Source: an uncultured Acidimicrobiia bacterium (GTDB taxonomy: Bacteria; Actinomycetota; Acidimicrobiia; Acidimicrobiales; AC-14). Taken from it: a stretch of 64,000 nucleotides of DNA. Shown one piece after another: positions 20,744-33,234 of the stretch (positions are counted from its first letter, which is position 1; the number at the start of each line of letters is the position of its first letter). A program made the translations under genes and the position numbers. The stretch covers positions 192,001-256,000 of the forward strand of contig CAWIIV010000014.1 of assembly GCA_963836205.1 (NCBI GenBank), in the 5' to 3' direction. A model generated the notes under the pieces. The model had not been told where the DNA came from. It ran no database searches and was given only the letters and a program-made list of their open reading frames with translations.

Positions 20744-21559
20744 TCACGAACGGGCGGCGGCCCGCATCACGTCGAGAGGCGGCTCGCATCCGGTCCAGAG
20801 CTGGAAGGCGAGGGCGCCCTGGTGGACGAGCATGCCCAGGCCGTCGACCACCGTCGCCCCCCGGGCGGCGGCCGCCTCCAGCAGGGCGGTGGTGGCGCGG
20901 GGGATGAGGTCGACCACCACCTGGCCGGGGCCGAATTGAGCGGGGTCGAACGCCAGTTCCGGTCCCCCGTCGAGCCCGAGAGGGGTGGCGTTGACCACGA
21001 TCTGGGCCGCCCTGACCTCGTCGGCGGCACCCATCCGGCCGACGGCGCCGGCCAGGTCGACCACCGCCTTGGTCCGGACCGGGTCGCGGCCGGGCACCAC
21101 CACCACCTCCGACGCGCCGGCGTCGGCGAGCGCCCAGACGACCGCCCGGGCGGCCCCCCCGGCGCCCCGCACCAGGCAGCGGCGGCCGCCCACTTCGACG
21201 TCGGCGTCGACCAGGGAGGCGAGGAATCCGGCGGCGTCGGTGTTCTCGCCCCGCAGCCGGCCGTCGTGGTCGACCACCACCGTGTTGGCCGCACCCAGGT
21301 CGGCGGCAGTGGCCGACAGCACGTCGACCGCGGCCGCGGTGTCCTCCTTGTGGGGCAGGGTCACCGACAGCCCCCGGATGCCGAGGGCGCGCATGCCGGC
21401 CAGAGCGTCGGGCACCCGGCCGGGGGCGACCTCGAAGGCCAGGTACACCCAGTCGAGCCCGAGGGCTCGGAAGGCGGCGTTGTGGATGGCGGGCGAACGG
21501 GAATGGCCGACGGGACTGCCGATGATGCCGGCGAGGTACGTCCGGCAGCCGGCCTCCAA
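20744..21559 (-). CDS. aroE: Shikimate dehydrogenase
   Basis: GSPVGHSRSP.IHN, SVTLPHK, NTD..G, GAGGAARA, NATPLG, GLGMLVHQG. Confidence 0.95.
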   Translation of the reverse strand: MEAGCRTYLAGIIGSPVGHSRSPAIHNAAFRALGLDWVYLAFEVAPGRVPDALAGMRALGIRGLSVTLPHKEDTAAAVDVLSATAADLGAANTVVVDHDGRLRGENTDAAGFLASLVDADVEVGGRRCLVRGAGGAARAVVWALADAGASEVVVVPGRDPVRTKAVVDLAGAVGRMGAADEVRAAQIVVNATPLGLDGGPELAFDPAQFGPGQVVVDLIPRATTALLEAAAARGATVVDGLGMLVHQGALAFQLWTGCEPPLDVMRAAARS

Positions 21560-21570
21560 CCGGGGCGAGC

Positions 21571-22593
21571 TCAGCGGACGCCCTTTTGCTCGGCGAGGGC
21601 CTCGTTGCGGTTGTGCTCGGCCAGGCTGTCGGCGAACGTGTGCAGGCCGTTGTCGTCGATGACCACGAAGTAGAGCCAGGAACCGGGCGTGGGCGCGACC
21701 GCCGCCGCCAGCGACTCCTGCCCGGGGGCGGCGATGGGTCCGGGGGGCAGGCCGGCCACCTTGTAAGTGTTGTAGGGAGAGTCGATCTCGAGGTCGCTGA
21801 AGAGGAGCACGTCCTTCTGCTTACCCAGGGCGAACTGCACGGTGGCGTCGATCTGCAGGGGCATCTCGATCTCCAGCCGGTTGTAGATGACCCGGGCCAC
21901 CTTGCCCCGGTCCTCGTCGACCCGGGCCTCCCGCTCCACCATGGAGGCGACCACGATCACCTGGTAGGGCGTGACACCCATCCGGGCGGCGGCGCCGTTG
22001 ACGTCGAGGCGGGTGGCCAGCGCGTCGAAGGCTTCCACCATCCGCCGGAGGATGGCGACCTCGTCGTCCTCGACGGCGAAGAAGTAGGTCTCGGGGAGGA
22101 GGAGCCCCTCCAGGCTGGCGCCGGCGCCCTGGTACTGCGAGCGCACCGTGCCGCCCGCGGCCACCTGGAGGAACCGGTCGGCCGACCGCCCGGGCAGGGT
22201 GCCGACGAGCTGCGCCACCTCCTTCAGGGTGAGGCCCTCGGGGATGGTGAGGGGCACACCCTTGTCGACCTCGGCCCCCCCTTCGAGGACCTTGACCACG
22301 GCGGCCATGGACTCCCGCTGGTGGAGCGTGTAGTCGCCCGCCTCCACCGTGCCCAGGCCGTTGAGCTTCACGTAGTACCGGAAGACCGAGGCGCTGGTGA
22401 TAACACCGGTGCGCTCCAGGAGGGTGCCGATCTCCCCGGTGGACATGCCCTGCTCCACCGTGATGGCCACCTCCGCCCCCGGCTGGCCCGGCGGGTCGAC
22501 CTGGCGCTGGTACCAGAAGGCCGCCGCGCCCACCGCGACCACGAAGGCCAGGAACATCGCCGCCAGGACGTAAGGCCACCTGCGGCGGGTCAC
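21571..22593 (-). CDS. mltG: Endolytic transglycosylase MltG
   Basis: N-terminal TM helix, TIPEG, LEGLLLPETY, ASMVERE, SPYNTY..GLPPGPI. Confidence 0.94.
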   Translation of the reverse strand: MTRRRWPYVLAAMFLAFVVAVGAAAFWYQRQVDPPGQPGAEVAITVEQGMSTGEIGTLLERTGVITSASVFRYYVKLNGLGTVEAGDYTLHQRESMAAVVKVLEGGAEVDKGVPLTIPEGLTLKEVAQLVGTLPGRSADRFLQVAAGGTVRSQYQGAGASLEGLLLPETYFFAVEDDEVAILRRMVEAFDALATRLDVNGAAARMGVTPYQVIVVASMVEREARVDEDRGKVARVIYNRLEIEMPLQIDATVQFALGKQKDVLLFSDLEIDSPYNTYKVAGLPPGPIAAPGQESLAAAVAPTPGSWLYFVVIDDNGLHTFADSLAEHNRNEALAEQKGVR

Positions 22594-23083
22594 CCGGCTG
22601 TCCCCGTTCCCCTTCCGCCCTCGAGTCCCCGTCCGACTCCGCCGTCGAGGCCCCGTCCGCCGTCGAGGCCCCGTCCGCCGTCGAGCCATGCCTGGAGGAG
22701 TACGGCCGCCGCCACCTGGTCGACGACCCGGCGCCGGTTCCGACCCGTGACCCCGGCCCCGGCCAGCGAGCGTTGGGCGCTCACCGTCGTCAGCCGCTCG
22801 TCGAACAGCTCGACGGCCACGTCGCCCCCCAGGGCCGCGGCCAGGGCGGTGGCCTCGGTCCGGGCCCACGTCGCGGCCGGCCCTTCCGACCCGTCGAGCG
22901 AGAGGGGCAGGCCCACGACAACCCGCTCGGCGCCGAGCTCCCGAATCTCGGCGACCAGCCGGGCCCGGTCGCGGGCCTCGTCGCCGGTGCGCGCCACGGT
23001 GGTGGACGGGACGGCCGTCACCCCCCCCGAGTCGCTCACGGCCACCCCGACGCGCTGCCTCCCCAGGTCCAAGCCCACGACCC

Positions 23084-23087
<4 letters not shown>
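22590..23087 (-). CDS. ruvX: Pre-16S rRNA nuclease RuvX/YqgF
   Basis: GLDLGRQRVGVAVSD, VVGLPL, DERLTT, VDQVAAAVLLQ. Confidence 0.94.
22639..22686. repeat. 18-bp tandem repeat encoding LDGGRG units at the RuvX C-terminus
   Basis: ccgccgtcgaggccccgt repeated about 2.6 times, with a degenerate flanking copy. Confidence 0.7.
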
Positions 23088-25684
<2,597 letters not shown>

Positions 25685-25742
25685 TCCGGACCGCAGCCTA
25701 AAGGAAGCGGGAGTGTGACTTGGGAGTCTGAAGGCCGCCGGA

Positions 25743-26000
25743 CTAGGACGTTTGCCGCAGGTGGTTCTCGACGCGCAGCTCGCGCTCGCGCTGGCGGGCG
25801 GTCTGCCTGCCCTCGTCGACCGCGGCCCGGACGTGCGCCACCCGCCCCTTCACCGCCGACGTGGCCCCGTCCACCAGGAGGCGGGGGGAATCCCGCCAGG
25901 GGATGCGCAGGGTGGCCCGGCCGGCGGTGTCGACGATCACGTAGGCGACGCGATACCCGACCGCGAAGGCGAGGATGAAGAGGATCGACCGTCTGAACAC
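25743..26000 (-). CDS. Small hypothetical membrane protein
   Basis: N-terminal hydrophobic segment and a C-terminal EGR..ARQRERELR helix, in the usual position before actinobacterial alaS. Confidence 0.6.
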   Translation of the reverse strand: MFRRSILFILAFAVGYRVAYVIVDTAGRATLRIPWRDSPRLLVDGATSAVKGRVAHVRAAVDEGRQTARQRERELRVENHLRQTS

Positions 26001-26039
26001 GGTTCGACGCTACCGCCCCCGAGGGCCGGTTGGCGGCCG

Positions 26040-26393
26040 CTACGGCTTCTGCCGGAACCGGTGCCAGGCCTTGGCCACGCCGGCCCCGGTGGCCAGGGCC
26101 TTCACCACCGGGCTGCCGATGGTGTTGTGGGCCAGCCGGGACGCCCCGTCGACCGTCCCCGCGATCCCCTCGACGGTGGTGAGGAGGTCGTCGACCCGGT
26201 CGAGGTCGAACGACGCCTTCTGGACGGCGACGTGGGCGTCGGCGAGCGCCGGCATGGCCGCCCGGTGGACGTCGTCGACCACCCGGCCGATGGTGGCCAG
26301 GGTGCGGGACGCGGCGTAGAGCACGAGCACCAGCCCGACGGCGCCGATGACGGTGGCCACCACGAAGATGAGGGCCGCCACCTCCACGCTCAC
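26040..26393 (-). CDS. DUF948-like membrane/coiled-coil protein
   Basis: TM helix then DLDRVDDLL...PVVKALA; appears fused to rarA in the ORF track only because of a frameshift; GTGA overlap with the true rarA stop. Confidence 0.7.
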   Translation of the reverse strand: MSVEVAALIFVVATVIGAVGLVLVLYAASRTLATIGRVVDDVHRAAMPALADAHVAVQKASFDLDRVDDLLTTVEGIAGTVDGASRLAHNTIGSPVVKALATGAGVAKAWHRFRQKP

Positions 26394-27698
26394 TGGTCGT
26401 CGGGCCCGGCGTCGGTGTGGCGCATGCGCTCGGCGATCTCCTGTTCGAAGCCGTGGGGGGAGGGCTGGTAGTAGACCCTTCCCTCCAGCCCGGGGGGGCG
26501 GTACGTCTGGGGCACCCACCCGCGGGTCGTCGTGAGGATAGTCGTAGCCCACTCCGTGACCGAGCTTGCGGGCCCCGAAGTAGGCCGAGCTGCGCAGGTG
26601 GGCCGGCACCTCTCCCGCGGGCCGGTTCTTCACGTCGTCCATCGCCGCCCCGAGCGCCCGCGTCACCCGGTTCGACTTGGGTGCGGTGGCCAGGTGGATC
26701 ACGGCCTGGGCCAGGTTGAGCTGGGCCTCGGGCAGGCCCACGAACTCCACCGCCCGGGCCGCGGAGTCGGCCACCACCAGGGCCATGGGGTCGGCCATGC
26801 CCACGTCCTCCGACGCCAGGATCACCAGCCGGCGGGCGATGAAGCGGGCGTCCTCCCCCGCCTCCAGCATCCGGGCCAGCCAGTAGAGGCCGGCGTCGGC
26901 GTCCGATCCCCGGATCGACTTGATGAACGCCGAGACCACGTCGTAGTGGTCGTCGCGCTCGTAGCGCAGGGCCCGGGCGTCGAGGGCGGCCTCGGCCTCG
27001 GCCAGGGTGACGGCCCGCTTGTCGCCGGCGAGGGCGACCGCCACCTCGAGGGCGTTGAGGGCGGTGCGGGCGTCACCGTCGGACCGGTTGACGAGGTGGT
27101 CGAGGGCCTCGTCGTCGGCCGTGGCCCGCTCCGCCTCCAGGCCCCGGTGGAGGAGCGCCCGGACCGCCTCCGGCGACAGGCCGTGGAGCCGGAACAGGCT
27201 CGAGCGCGACAGGAGCGGGGCGTTGACCTCGAAGTACGGGTTCTCGGTGGTGGCGCCGATGAGCGTGAGCAGCCCGTCCTCCACGTGGGGGAGGAGGGCG
27301 TCCTGCTGGGCCTTGTTGAAGCGGTGGACCTCGTCGAGGAACAGGATCGTCCCCTGGCCCTGCTCGCCCAGGCGGGACTTGGCCCGGGCCACCACCTCCC
27401 GCACGTCCTTCACCCCGGCGTTGACGGCCGACAGGGTCTCGAAGGAACGGGAGGTCACGCCGGCGATGAGGCGGGCGAGGGTGGTCTTGCCCGTCCCCGG
27501 CGGTCCCCACAGGATCACCGACGTGAGCCGGTCGGCCTCGATCAGCCGCCGCAGGGGCGCCCCCGGGCCGAGGAGGTGCTCCTGGCCCACCATCTCGTCG
27601 AGGGTGCGGGGCCGCAGGCGGGCGGCGAGGGGCGCCTGCCGCTTGAGCCGCTCCTTCATGGCAGCCCCGAAGAGATCGCCGCCGGCCGCGTCGGTCAT
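26390..27698 (-). CDS. rarA: Replication-associated recombination protein A (frameshift near 26522)
   Basis: PLAARLRP, WGPPGTGKTT, DEVHRFNKAQQD, SAFIKSIRGSD; C-terminus WVPQTY..YYQPS..GFE in the shifted frame. Confidence 0.93.
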
Positions 27699-28327
27699 CC
27701 GCCGGCGAGACCCTCCGCCAACAGCCGGTCGAGGTCGACGGCGCGCACCCCGCCCAGGATCCGCGACCGGACGATGCCGTCGGGGTCGACGAGGAACGAC
27801 TCCGGCACCCCGCTCACCCCGAAGTGGAGGGCGATGCTGCCCCCGGGGTCGGTGAGCATGGGCCACTCCCCCCCCTCGTCGGCGCGGAACTCCTTCACCG
27901 CCTGGGACGAATCGCTGAAGACCACCCCGATCACGGCCGCGTCGCCGGCCGCCTGGTGGGTCTCGTGGAACGTCACCAGCTCGCTGTGCTCGATCCGGCA
28001 GGGGACGCACCAGGTGGCGAAGAAGTTCACCACCACCCATCTCCCCTTGAGGTCGGAGAGCTTGACCGCGTCGCCGTCGATGGTGGCCGACTCGGCTACC
28101 GGGGCGGGCTTGCCGAGCAGCGGCGAGCGCACCGTCCGGGTGCTGGCCTCGGGCCGGGTGGCGAGCACGACGACCAGGAGGAACACCGGCACCGCCACCC
28201 CGACCGCGATCCACAGCGCCCGCCGGGTGCGGCGGATGCCGGTGACCGTGGGGCTGTCGTTCGCAGGTGGGCGGTCGTCGGCGGACGGGCGGTCGTCGTC
28301 GCTGGGCGGGTTGTCGTCGGGAGTCAT
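27695..28327 (-). CDS. TlpA/ResA family thiol-disulfide oxidoreductase
   Basis: TM anchor, NFFATWCVPC, GVPESFLVD. Confidence 0.9.
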   Translation of the reverse strand: MTPDDNPPSDDDRPSADDRPPANDSPTVTGIRRTRRALWIAVGVAVPVFLLVVVLATRPEASTRTVRSPLLGKPAPVAESATIDGDAVKLSDLKGRWVVVNFFATWCVPCRIEHSELVTFHETHQAAGDAAVIGVVFSDSSQAVKEFRADEGGEWPMLTDPGGSIALHFGVSGVPESFLVDPDGIVRSRILGGVRAVDLDRLLAEGLAGG

Positions 28328-29055
28328 ACGGGCGGCCATCCGAGGCGGGCGAACCAGCGTTGCAGGGGGACGAAGAAACCCTGCCAGCGCCCGGTGAGGA
28401 ACAACAAACCGACTGCCACTAGCAGCAGTCCGCCCGCGATCTCGATCCGCCGCCCGTTGCGCCGCAGCCAGGCCAACGACCGGGTGGCCTTGGAGAACCC
28501 CAGGGCCAGGAGGACGAAGGGCACGCCCAGCCCGGCCGAGTACAGGAGCAGGAGGACGCCGCCCCACACCGCCCCCCCGTTGCTGACCGCGGCGGTGGCC
28601 AGGATGGTGGCCAGCACCGGTCCGATGCACGGCGCCCACCCGGCGGCGAAGGCCATGCCGAGGGGGAACGCCCACGCCGCCCCCCGGGGCACCCGGGCCA
28701 TGTCGAGCCGCTTCTCCCGCTGGAGGAGCGGCACCCGCAGCACGCCGAGGGTCGACAGCCCGAGGCCCACGATGACCACGCCGAAGACCCGGACGATGGT
28801 GTCCTGGTTGCGGAGGAAGATGTTCCCCAGCAGGCTGGCCCCCACCCCCAGGGCGGTGAAGACGAGGCTGAAACCGCCCACGAAGAGCAGGGCCGCCTTG
28901 AGGGTGACGCCCCGGGCCTGGCGCTCGCCCAGCTCCGATACCGGCAGGGCCGACACGTACGACAGGTAGCCGGGCAGGAGGGGCAGGCAGCAGGGCGAGC
29001 TGAACGACAGCAGCCCGGCCACCACGGCCAGGATGGGCAGGGTGACGGTATCCAT
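28324..29055 (-). CDS. ccdA: Cytochrome c biogenesis protein CcdA
   Basis: SFSSPCCLPLLPGY and GWAPCIGP motifs, six TM helices. Confidence 0.9.
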   Translation of the reverse strand: MDTVTLPILAVVAGLLSFSSPCCLPLLPGYLSYVSALPVSELGERQARGVTLKAALLFVGGFSLVFTALGVGASLLGNIFLRNQDTIVRVFGVVIVGLGLSTLGVLRVPLLQREKRLDMARVPRGAAWAFPLGMAFAAGWAPCIGPVLATILATAAVSNGGAVWGGVLLLLYSAGLGVPFVLLALGFSKATRSLAWLRRNGRRIEIAGGLLLVAVGLLFLTGRWQGFFVPLQRWFARLGWPPV

Positions 29056-29186
29056 AGGTCAGACCCTGGAGGCGCCGCTCGGGGATCGTCGGCCGGGCCG
29101 GCCCCGAATCGCGGTCACAAAGGCCACGTTACCGCCGGGCCGAGCCGTTCCCCCCTCGGTGCCCGCCCGCCGCGGGCCCGCCCTCC

Positions 29187-29296
29187 AACCGGTGACGTTT
29201 TCGGGCGCCCTGGCAACCGTTCGTGTCACCAGTTCGGAGGGGCTCTCCAACCGGTGACGTTTTCGGTCGCCCTGGCAACCGTTCGTGTCACCGGTT
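29187..29296. repeat. Palindromic REP-like element family A, tandem pair (29187-29234, 29249-29296)
   Basis: Two near-identical 48-bp units aaccggtgacgttttcgg(g/t)cgccctggcaaccgttcgtgtcacc(a/g)gtt, 62-bp period. Confidence 0.9.
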
Positions 29297-29332
29297 CGGG
29301 ACGGTGCTCCCGGCCGTGCGAGCATCGTCGCC

Positions 29333-30058
29333 GTGGCCGACGTCCGGGGGGTGCTCTTCGACTTCTACGGGACGCTCGCCCGGGCCGTCGTGTGGGGCGA
29401 GACCCACGAGGAGATCTTCGCCCGCCGGGGACTGCCCGGCCCGGGGGCGGTATGGGGCAGCCAGTGGGTGGGTGGGGCGGTCGACGGCGAGGAGCACGTC
29501 GAGCACTCGGCCAGCCGGGAGGCCTACGTGGCCTGGGAGCTCGAACGGCTGCGCATCCGGGCCCGGGCCTGCGGTGTCGGCGACGACGAGCTGGAGCCCC
29601 TGGTGGCCGACCTCCACCGGGCCTCCAAGACCTACACCCTCGCCGCCTACGACGAGGTCGCCGACGTCCTGGCCGAGCTCCGCCGGCGGGGGCTGGTGCT
29701 GGCCGTGTGCTCCAACTGGGACTGGGACCTGGCCCAGCAGGTGGCCAACGTCGGCCTCGACACCCTGGTCGACGAGATCGTGTCGTCCGCCCACGCCGGC
29801 GCCCGCAAGCCCCATCCCCGCATCTTCGAGCACACCCTCGACCGCTGCCGGCTGGAGCCCCCGGAGACCCTCTTCGTGGGCGACACCTGGGGCCCCGACG
29901 TGGTAGGGCCCCTGGCCGCGGGTATCCGCCCGGTGCACCTGTTCCGTGACGACCAGGCCGAGCGGGCCCGCGAGTCGGGCCTGGAGGCGTTGGCCCCGCC
30001 TCTACCCGAGGGCGTGGTCCGCGCCCCCGACCTCCGGGCCCTGCTCGACCTGACCTGA
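29333..30058 (+). CDS. HAD-superfamily hydrolase
   Basis: LFDFYGTL, CSNWD, RKPHPRIF, FVGDTWGPD. Confidence 0.9.
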   Translation: MADVRGVLFDFYGTLARAVVWGETHEEIFARRGLPGPGAVWGSQWVGGAVDGEEHVEHSASREAYVAWELERLRIRARACGVGDDELEPLVADLHRASKTYTLAAYDEVADVLAELRRRGLVLAVCSNWDWDLAQQVANVGLDTLVDEIVSSAHAGARKPHPRIFEHTLDRCRLEPPETLFVGDTWGPDVVGPLAAGIRPVHLFRDDQAERARESGLEALAPPLPEGVVRAPDLRALLDLT

Positions 30059-30073
30059 CGAGGCCGCCGACCG

Positions 30074-30475
30074 TCAGCCGGGGAGGAAGCTCAGCCGCAC
30101 CCGGCGTCGGGGGTTGTCGCGGTTGAGGTCGACCAGCACCACGCTCTGCCACGTGCCGAGGAGGGGCCGGCCATCCGCCACCGGGATCGACAGCGACGGG
30201 CTGACCAGCACCGGCAGCAGGTGGTCGGCGCCGTGGCCGGGCGCGCCGTGGCGGTGGCGGTAACGGTCGTCGCGGGGCAGCAACCGCTCCAGCAGCTCGG
30301 CCAGGTCGGCCTCCGAACCCGACCCGAGCTCCATGAGGGCCACCCCGGCGGTGGCGTGGGGGACGAAGACGTGCACCAGCCCGTCGCCGAGGGGCCGGCA
30401 GAACTGGGCGACCCCCTCGGTGAGGTCGGTGAGCGGGCGCCCCGACGTGTCGAGGGTGAGCTCGGTTGTCCTCAG
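30074..30475 (-). CDS. yjbQ: YjbQ/UPF0047 family protein (apparent CTG start)
   Basis: VFVPHATAG, HRHG..GHGADH, LGTWQSVVLVD; conserved-looking N-terminus extends to the CTG at 30475. Confidence 0.85.
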   Translation of the reverse strand: MRTTELTLDTSGRPLTDLTEGVAQFCRPLGDGLVHVFVPHATAGVALMELGSGSEADLAELLERLLPRDDRYRHRHGAPGHGADHLLPVLVSPSLSIPVADGRPLLGTWQSVVLVDLNRDNPRRRVRLSFLPG

Positions 30476-33219
30476 GCCTCAGTCCTCGGCCGGATGGTCC
30501 CGGGCCTCGTTCCCGCCAGCCTCGTTCCCGGCGCCCTCGTTCCCGCCAGCTCGTTCCCGGCAGCCTCGGTCCCGGCGGGCGCGTCTCCGGCGGCACCGTT
30601 GGCGTCGGGACCGGTGGCGTCGACCGCCCCGTTGCCCTCGACCGGCCGGTGGACCTCGACCGTGCCGTTGGTGTCCTCGACCGTGTCCGGCCACACCGGC
30701 GGCGGCGGGGGGATGATCGGCGGCACCGGCGGTACGGGCGCCACACTCGGCGGCCGCGACCACGGCGACGGCCCCGCGTAGGTGCCGTCGGGGCGGACCA
30801 CGATCGGCTCCAGCCCGCCGTCGGGCCGGCGTTGGCCGTTGAGCCGGGGCAGGGGGATCTCGAAGACGCCGTGGCCCTGGTGGGCGGCGATGGCCTGGAC
30901 GTGGTACTCCTCGACCACGCGGGCGAACTCGGGGTCGGCGTAGACCCGCCCGTCGATCAGGGGTCCGGGCCGGCCCTCGATGATGGCCTCGATGTCGTCG
31001 CCGGTGACCGTCTTGTGGGTCTCCAGGGCGTGGGCGACGGCCAGCACCGAGATGCGGTTGGCCCTGAGCAGTTCGTCCACCCGCTTGAGCAACTGCTCCA
31101 GATTCGCCTCGATGCGCTCGCCCAGGCCGCCGTGGAGCAAATCGGCCTCGTTCTTGGGACCCTTGCCGTCGCCGCCCTTGCCCGGACGGCCGCCGCCGCC
31201 GATGCCGACCTTCTGGGTGACGCCGTGGGACGTGACGGTGGAGCCCATGCCCCAGTAGCCCTCCATGAGGGTGGCGATCTGGGTCGCGCTCTCGAGGTCG
31301 CCGGAAACGCCCGACGAGTTGTCGCCGTCGAAGAACAGCCGCTCCCCCGCCAGCGACGCCAACGCCACCATCACGTCGGCCTCGTACTCCGTGCGCCAGC
31401 GGGTGAACTGGTCCTCGGGCGGGATCGACGCCACCATGCCCAGGTAGGTGCCGCCCTTCTCGATGGTGGCGATGTCGATGGTGAGGTGGCGGCGGACCCG
31501 GAAGGCGGTGACCGCGTGGCAGGCCTCGTGGACCGCGACCGCGTGGCGCTCGCGCTCGATGTACTCGACGTCCTCCGGCGGGCCCAGGTCCTTGAGCTGC
31601 TTGGCCTTGACCACGTCGGACCAGCGGATCTCCTCCCGGCCGTCGCGGATGGCGTTGATCAGGGCCTCGTTGACGAGGTCCTTGATCGTGGCCCCGGTGG
31701 CGTAGGGGGTGATGGTGGCCAGCTTGTCGATCTCGGTGGGCGTGAGGGTGTGGCGGACCTTGTCGAGGTAGCCCTCGTAGGTGCGGATCCGGCCCGCCTT
31801 GGACGGGTAACCCACCTTGTAGATGCGATCGATGCGGCCGGGGCGGAGCAGGGCCTCGTCGAGCGCCTGGGGCATGTTGGTGGCCATCATGACCATGATC
31901 CGGTACTTGGGCGGCGGCTTCGGGCGCATGCCGAGGGTGCGCCGCACCACCCGGTTCATGAAGCCGCGGGGCTTCTTCAGGCCCGACAGCTCGGTGAGCA
32001 GGGCCTGGAGGGTGCCCATCCCCCCGCCGCCGCCCATCCCCGCGATGATGCGGTTGCGGACGCCGCGCCGGGGCTCGTCGCCCGTGCTGTGCTCCATGGC
32101 GTTGCGGAACAGCAGCGAGGCGGTGTCCTGCGACAGGTACGACATGCCGTTGCACCCGGTGTGAGCGGCGTGGGAGAACGGCGAGCCGGCGGCGCCGAAG
32201 CCCTGGCCCGAAAGCGGTCCGCCCTCGGAGATCTGGCCCCGGCTGCCGAGGGAGTCGGCCTCGTCGAAGAAGACGATGACCCCGCCGTAGCGCACGGCCA
32301 GCTTGCGCAGCTTGCGGAACAGGGACTTGACCTTGAGGATGCCGACGCCCATGAACATCTGGATGAAGGCGCCGGGGTCGACGAACACGTAGGGCTTGCC
32401 CGTCTCACCCGCCACCGCCTCGGCCATCAGGGTCTTGCCGGTGCCGGGGGGACCCCACAGCAGCAGGCCGCCGGGGACGTAGCCGCCCTTCTCCTCGATG
32501 GCGTCGGGCGCCTCCAGGAAGAGCATGTTCTCCTTGACCCGCTCGACCACCGGGTCCTGGCCCCAGACGTCGGAGAACCGGGTCTTGATGTCGTCGGGGA
32601 AGTACGTCTCCACGCCCCCCTTGGACAGGAACCAGAAGATGGCGACGAACTGCATCACCATGATGAACATGTAGAAGACGACCTGCAGCACCAGCGGCAT
32701 CGCCGACCAGATGGTGCTCGGCAGCTCGAACAGGGCGAGGACGGGCGACTGGTCGTTGGCCGCGCCGAGGATGATCGACACCAGGGCCAGCAGCGCCAGC
32801 CACTTCATGGCCCGGGCCATGCGGAACCGGGTCCAGTCGTTGAGCTTGCCCGACTTCTTCTCGATTCCGCCGAAGACGCCCTGGGCCCAGAACTGGTTGT
32901 AGCCGGCCGAGTGCTCGCTGACCACGTAGTGGAGCTGGCGCAGGCACTCCAGGAGGATCAGCAGCAGCAGCCACCACCGGTCCTGGAGGGCCTGGTTGAA
33001 GGCGTCGGCGATCGGGATGATCGGGTTGTCGATCACCGTCGCCCAGAAGAGGACGAACCACACCAGTCCCAGGGCGATCAGGAACTTGGAGCGGTCCCAG
33101 GTCGACATCGGCTTGCGGGTGCGCGGTTCCTCCCGCTCGCCCTTGTACTCGGGGGGAGGCGTGGGCCCGGTATCGGAGGAGGGCCAGGCCAGCCCCGGAG
33201 GTGTGCCGGTCGGACTCAT
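30472..33219 (-). CDS. Divergent FtsH-like membrane AAA+ ATPase / M41 metalloprotease
   Basis: About four N-terminal TM helices; GPPGTGKT, pore loop FIQMFMGVG, FFDEAD, SRH ALLRPGRIDR, HEACH zinc motif, SGDL. Confidence 0.88.
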   Translation of the reverse strand: MSPTGTPPGLAWPSSDTGPTPPPEYKGEREEPRTRKPMSTWDRSKFLIALGLVWFVLFWATVIDNPIIPIADAFNQALQDRWWLLLLILLECLRQLHYVVSEHSAGYNQFWAQGVFGGIEKKSGKLNDWTRFRMARAMKWLALLALVSIILGAANDQSPVLALFELPSTIWSAMPLVLQVVFYMFIMVMQFVAIFWFLSKGGVETYFPDDIKTRFSDVWGQDPVVERVKENMLFLEAPDAIEEKGGYVPGGLLLWGPPGTGKTLMAEAVAGETGKPYVFVDPGAFIQMFMGVGILKVKSLFRKLRKLAVRYGGVIVFFDEADSLGSRGQISEGGPLSGQGFGAAGSPFSHAAHTGCNGMSYLSQDTASLLFRNAMEHSTGDEPRRGVRNRIIAGMGGGGGMGTLQALLTELSGLKKPRGFMNRVVRRTLGMRPKPPPKYRIMVMMATNMPQALDEALLRPGRIDRIYKVGYPSKAGRIRTYEGYLDKVRHTLTPTEIDKLATITPYATGATIKDLVNEALINAIRDGREEIRWSDVVKAKQLKDLGPPEDVEYIERERHAVAVHEACHAVTAFRVRRHLTIDIATIEKGGTYLGMVASIPPEDQFTRWRTEYEADVMVALASLAGERLFFDGDNSSGVSGDLESATQIATLMEGYWGMGSTVTSHGVTQKVGIGGGGRPGKGGDGKGPKNEADLLHGGLGERIEANLEQLLKRVDELLRANRISVLAVAHALETHKTVTGDDIEAIIEGRPGPLIDGRVYADPEFARVVEEYHVQAIAAHQGHGVFEIPLPRLNGQRRPDGGLEPIVVRPDGTYAGPSPWSRPPSVAPVPPVPPIIPPPPPVWPDTVEDTNGTVEVHRPVEGNGAVDATGPDANGAAGDAPAGTEAAGNELAGTRAPGTRLAGTRPGTIRPRTEA

Positions 33220-33234
33220 ATCACGGCTCCCTGC

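Noticed and set aside
26040-28214. Apparent RarA-membrane protein fusion (724-aa ORF)
   Set aside because: The normal RarA C-terminus is in another frame ending at 26390; the fusion comes from an indel near 26522
29187-29296. Possible mini-CRISPR array (also 39565-39674)
   Set aside because: Only two 48-bp units with a 14-bp linker, dispersed single copies elsewhere and no cas genes; fits a REP-like element
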